DNA of 36,912 nt from Gemmatimonadota bacterium (lineage in GTDB: Bacteria; Gemmatimonadota; Gemmatimonadetes; JACCXV01; JAHWKZ01): assembly GCA_035698825.1 (NCBI GenBank), contig DASSBK010000194.1:1-36912 (forward strand), given 5' to 3'. The notes under the pieces are model-generated. The model worked only from the letters and a program-made list of their open reading frames with translations. It was not told where the DNA came from and searched no databases. Numbering within the stretch: position 1 is the first letter of the stretch; each line of letters starts with the position of its first letter. The translations under genes were made by a program, and so were the position numbers. Shown piece by piece: positions 35,553 to 36,912 of the stretch.

Positions 35553-36912
35553 ATGCGTGTACACCTGATCAACCCCAACCACCTCTCGTACGGAATCGGC
35601 GTCATCACGCCCCGCTGGCTCTATGTGCTCGCAGCGGCCACGCCCCGATCCTTCGGCGATCCGATCGTCGTCGACGAGTCGCTCGCGCCTGTGGACCCAT
35701 CCCGCATACAACCGGGAGATCTGGTGGGGATCGGGATCCACACGGGCAACGCCCTGCGTGGCTACGAGGTGGGCCGCATGGCACGAGAGCGTGGGGCGTA
35801 CGTCGTCTACGGGGGGATCCACGCCACCCTCTACCCGGAGGAGGCGTACGAGCTCGGTGGTGCGCACGCGGTCGTCAAAGGCGATGGGGATGTCGTCTGG
35901 AGCCGGGTCGCCGCCGACTGCGCGAACGGAGGACCGCAACGCCTCTACGAAGGGGGTCGGATCGAGGGCGACGAGTTCCTGCCCGCGCGATGGGATCTCA
36001 TCCCGCCCGACAGCTACATGTGGGCCTCGGTGCAGACCGTGCGCGGCTGTCCCAAGCATTGCTCGTTCTGCTCCGTGTGGCGGACCGACGGCCAGAAGCC
36101 GCGCCAGCGCGTCTCCGACGCGGTGATCCGGGAGATCGTCGAGCTGCGACGCATGGGATTCCGGTTCATCGCGCTGGCCGACGACAACTTCTATCCGGTC
36201 ACGCTCCGCGACCTCGAATTGGCCGAGCGTCGCAGCGACCCGAGTCGATTCCACGAGCTGAAGGCGGTTCGTGACGAGCGCTTCGAGCTCATGGCGCGGC
36301 TCGCCGAGCTCCCCGAGGACATGGTGTTCTTCACGCAGATCACCATGGAGGCGGCCGAAGACCCCGAGTTCCTGGACGCCATGCGGAAGGCGAACATCAA
36401 GGGTGCCCTCGTGGGTGTGGAATCGGTCACGCGAGAGGGGCTGAAGGCGGTCTTCAAGGATTTCAATCTCAGCGGCGAGAACCTCGTCCAGCGGCTGCGG
36501 ACGTTCCGGGAACATGGCGTCCACGTCCTGGGGTCCTTCATCTTCGGCCTGCCCACCGATCGCCCCGATACCTTCGAGGCCACGGTCGCGCTGGCCGAGA
36601 AAGCGGGGCTGACGTTCGCTCAGTTCGTGATGCTGACGCCGTTCCCGGGCACGATCGATTTCGCGAGCTGGGAGGAGAGCATGGCGGACGACCCGACTCG
36701 GATCGCCGGCATTCCCCTGACCCGGCATTGGCTCATCCCGCAGGCCCTTCGACCGAAGATGTTCATGCCGCACCCCGTGATGTCGGCCGACGAGATCCGG
36801 GGTCGGACCCAGGAGGTGTGGGATCGCTTCTATGCGCTGCGCGCGATCTGGAGTCGCTCCGGCAGCCTCGTGTCGCTGCGCGGGCGGCTCGCGTTCGTGC
36901 TCATCTCCAAGC
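35553..36912 (+). CDS. B12-binding-domain radical SAM protein (3'-partial, runs off the window)
   Basis: gaggggagg ends 6 nt before the ATG at 35553. My hand translation of frame +3 finds no stop to nt 36912. The N-terminal B12-binding-type fold reads VHLINPN...GIGIHTGNA...VVYGGIHATL. The radical SAM motif CPKHCSFC lies at 36048-36071. The C-terminal region (EVWDRFYALRAIWSRS...LAFVLISK) resembles DUF4070-type tails. This gene is not listed in the supplied ORF track. Confidence 0.88.
   Translation, partial: MRVHLINPNHLSYGIGVITPRWLYVLAAATPRSFGDPIVVDESLAPVDPSRIQPGDLVGIGIHTGNALRGYEVGRMARERGAYVVYGGIHATLYPEEAYELGGAHAVVKGDGDVVWSRVAADCANGGPQRLYEGGRIEGDEFLPARWDLIPPDSYMWASVQTVRGCPKHCSFCSVWRTDGQKPRQRVSDAVIREIVELRRMGFRFIALADDNFYPVTLRDLELAERRSDPSRFHELKAVRDERFELMARLAELPEDMVFFTQITMEAAEDPEFLDAMRKANIKGALVGVESVTREGLKAVFKDFNLSGENLVQRLRTFREHGVHVLGSFIFGLPTDRPDTFEATVALAEKAGLTFAQFVMLTPFPGTIDFASWEESMADDPTRIAGIPLTRHWLIPQALRPKMFMPHPVMSADEIRGRTQEVWDRFYALRAIWSRSGSLVSLRGRLAFVLISK

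Noticed and set aside
35400-36773. 457-aa minus-strand ORF, the longest ORF listed in this region
   Set aside because: It is antisense to the radical SAM gene, whose +3 frame carries the CxxxCxxC motif and B12-binding fold. The antisense product has no recognisable features.

Overview
High-GC (about 65-80% per 60-nt line by hand count) chromosomal segment of Gram-negative type, shown by TonB/ExbB/ExbD, lipoprotein signal peptides and periplasmic enzymes. I could not place it taxonomically. The gene content (TIGR02999-type ECF sigma factor next to a Ser/Thr kinase with TPR repeats, reaction-centre-like cytochrome c, TSP3-repeat lipoprotein) would fit Gemmatimonadota, Acidobacteriota or Myxococcota, but that is a guess. 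I call about 30 protein genes and found no rRNA, tRNA, CRISPR array, transposase or integrase. Gene order is as follows. (1) A 5'-truncated giant secreted mosaic protein with duplicated LCCL domains and four copies of an unassigned ~125-aa module. It is followed by two more secreted proteins, one with a FecR-like domain, and a small low-GC Cys-rich lipoprotein. (2) An overlapping ECF sigma factor / Ser-Thr kinase-TPR pair. (3) tonB-exbB-exbD-exbD. (4) Housekeeping genes: APC amino-acid permease, FAD/Rieske oxidoreductase, proC, a stand-alone receiver domain, ppsA, a PLP Ser/Thr dehydratase, two tandem L,D-transpeptidases and a HEAT-cyclophilin fusion. (5) The most interesting block: a five-gene minus-strand operon (27026-32568) chained by ATGA stop/start overlaps. 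It runs small unknown ORF, CHASE2 class III cyclase, MscS-type channel with a cNMP-binding domain, unknown secreted protein, M48 protease. (6) HU, a TSP3-repeat calcium-binding lipoprotein, a diheme cytochrome c-TPR fusion, and a 3'-truncated B12-binding radical SAM gene. That last gene is missing from the supplied ORF track because it runs off the window. Many long ORFs in the track are Arg/Gly/Pro-rich antisense or off-frame shadows typical of high-GC DNA and are rejected. Several start codons are non-ATG (TTG/GTG). I inferred them from signal-peptide position, family architecture, third-position GC (GC3) and Shine-Dalgarno motifs, so starts are less certain than the gene calls.
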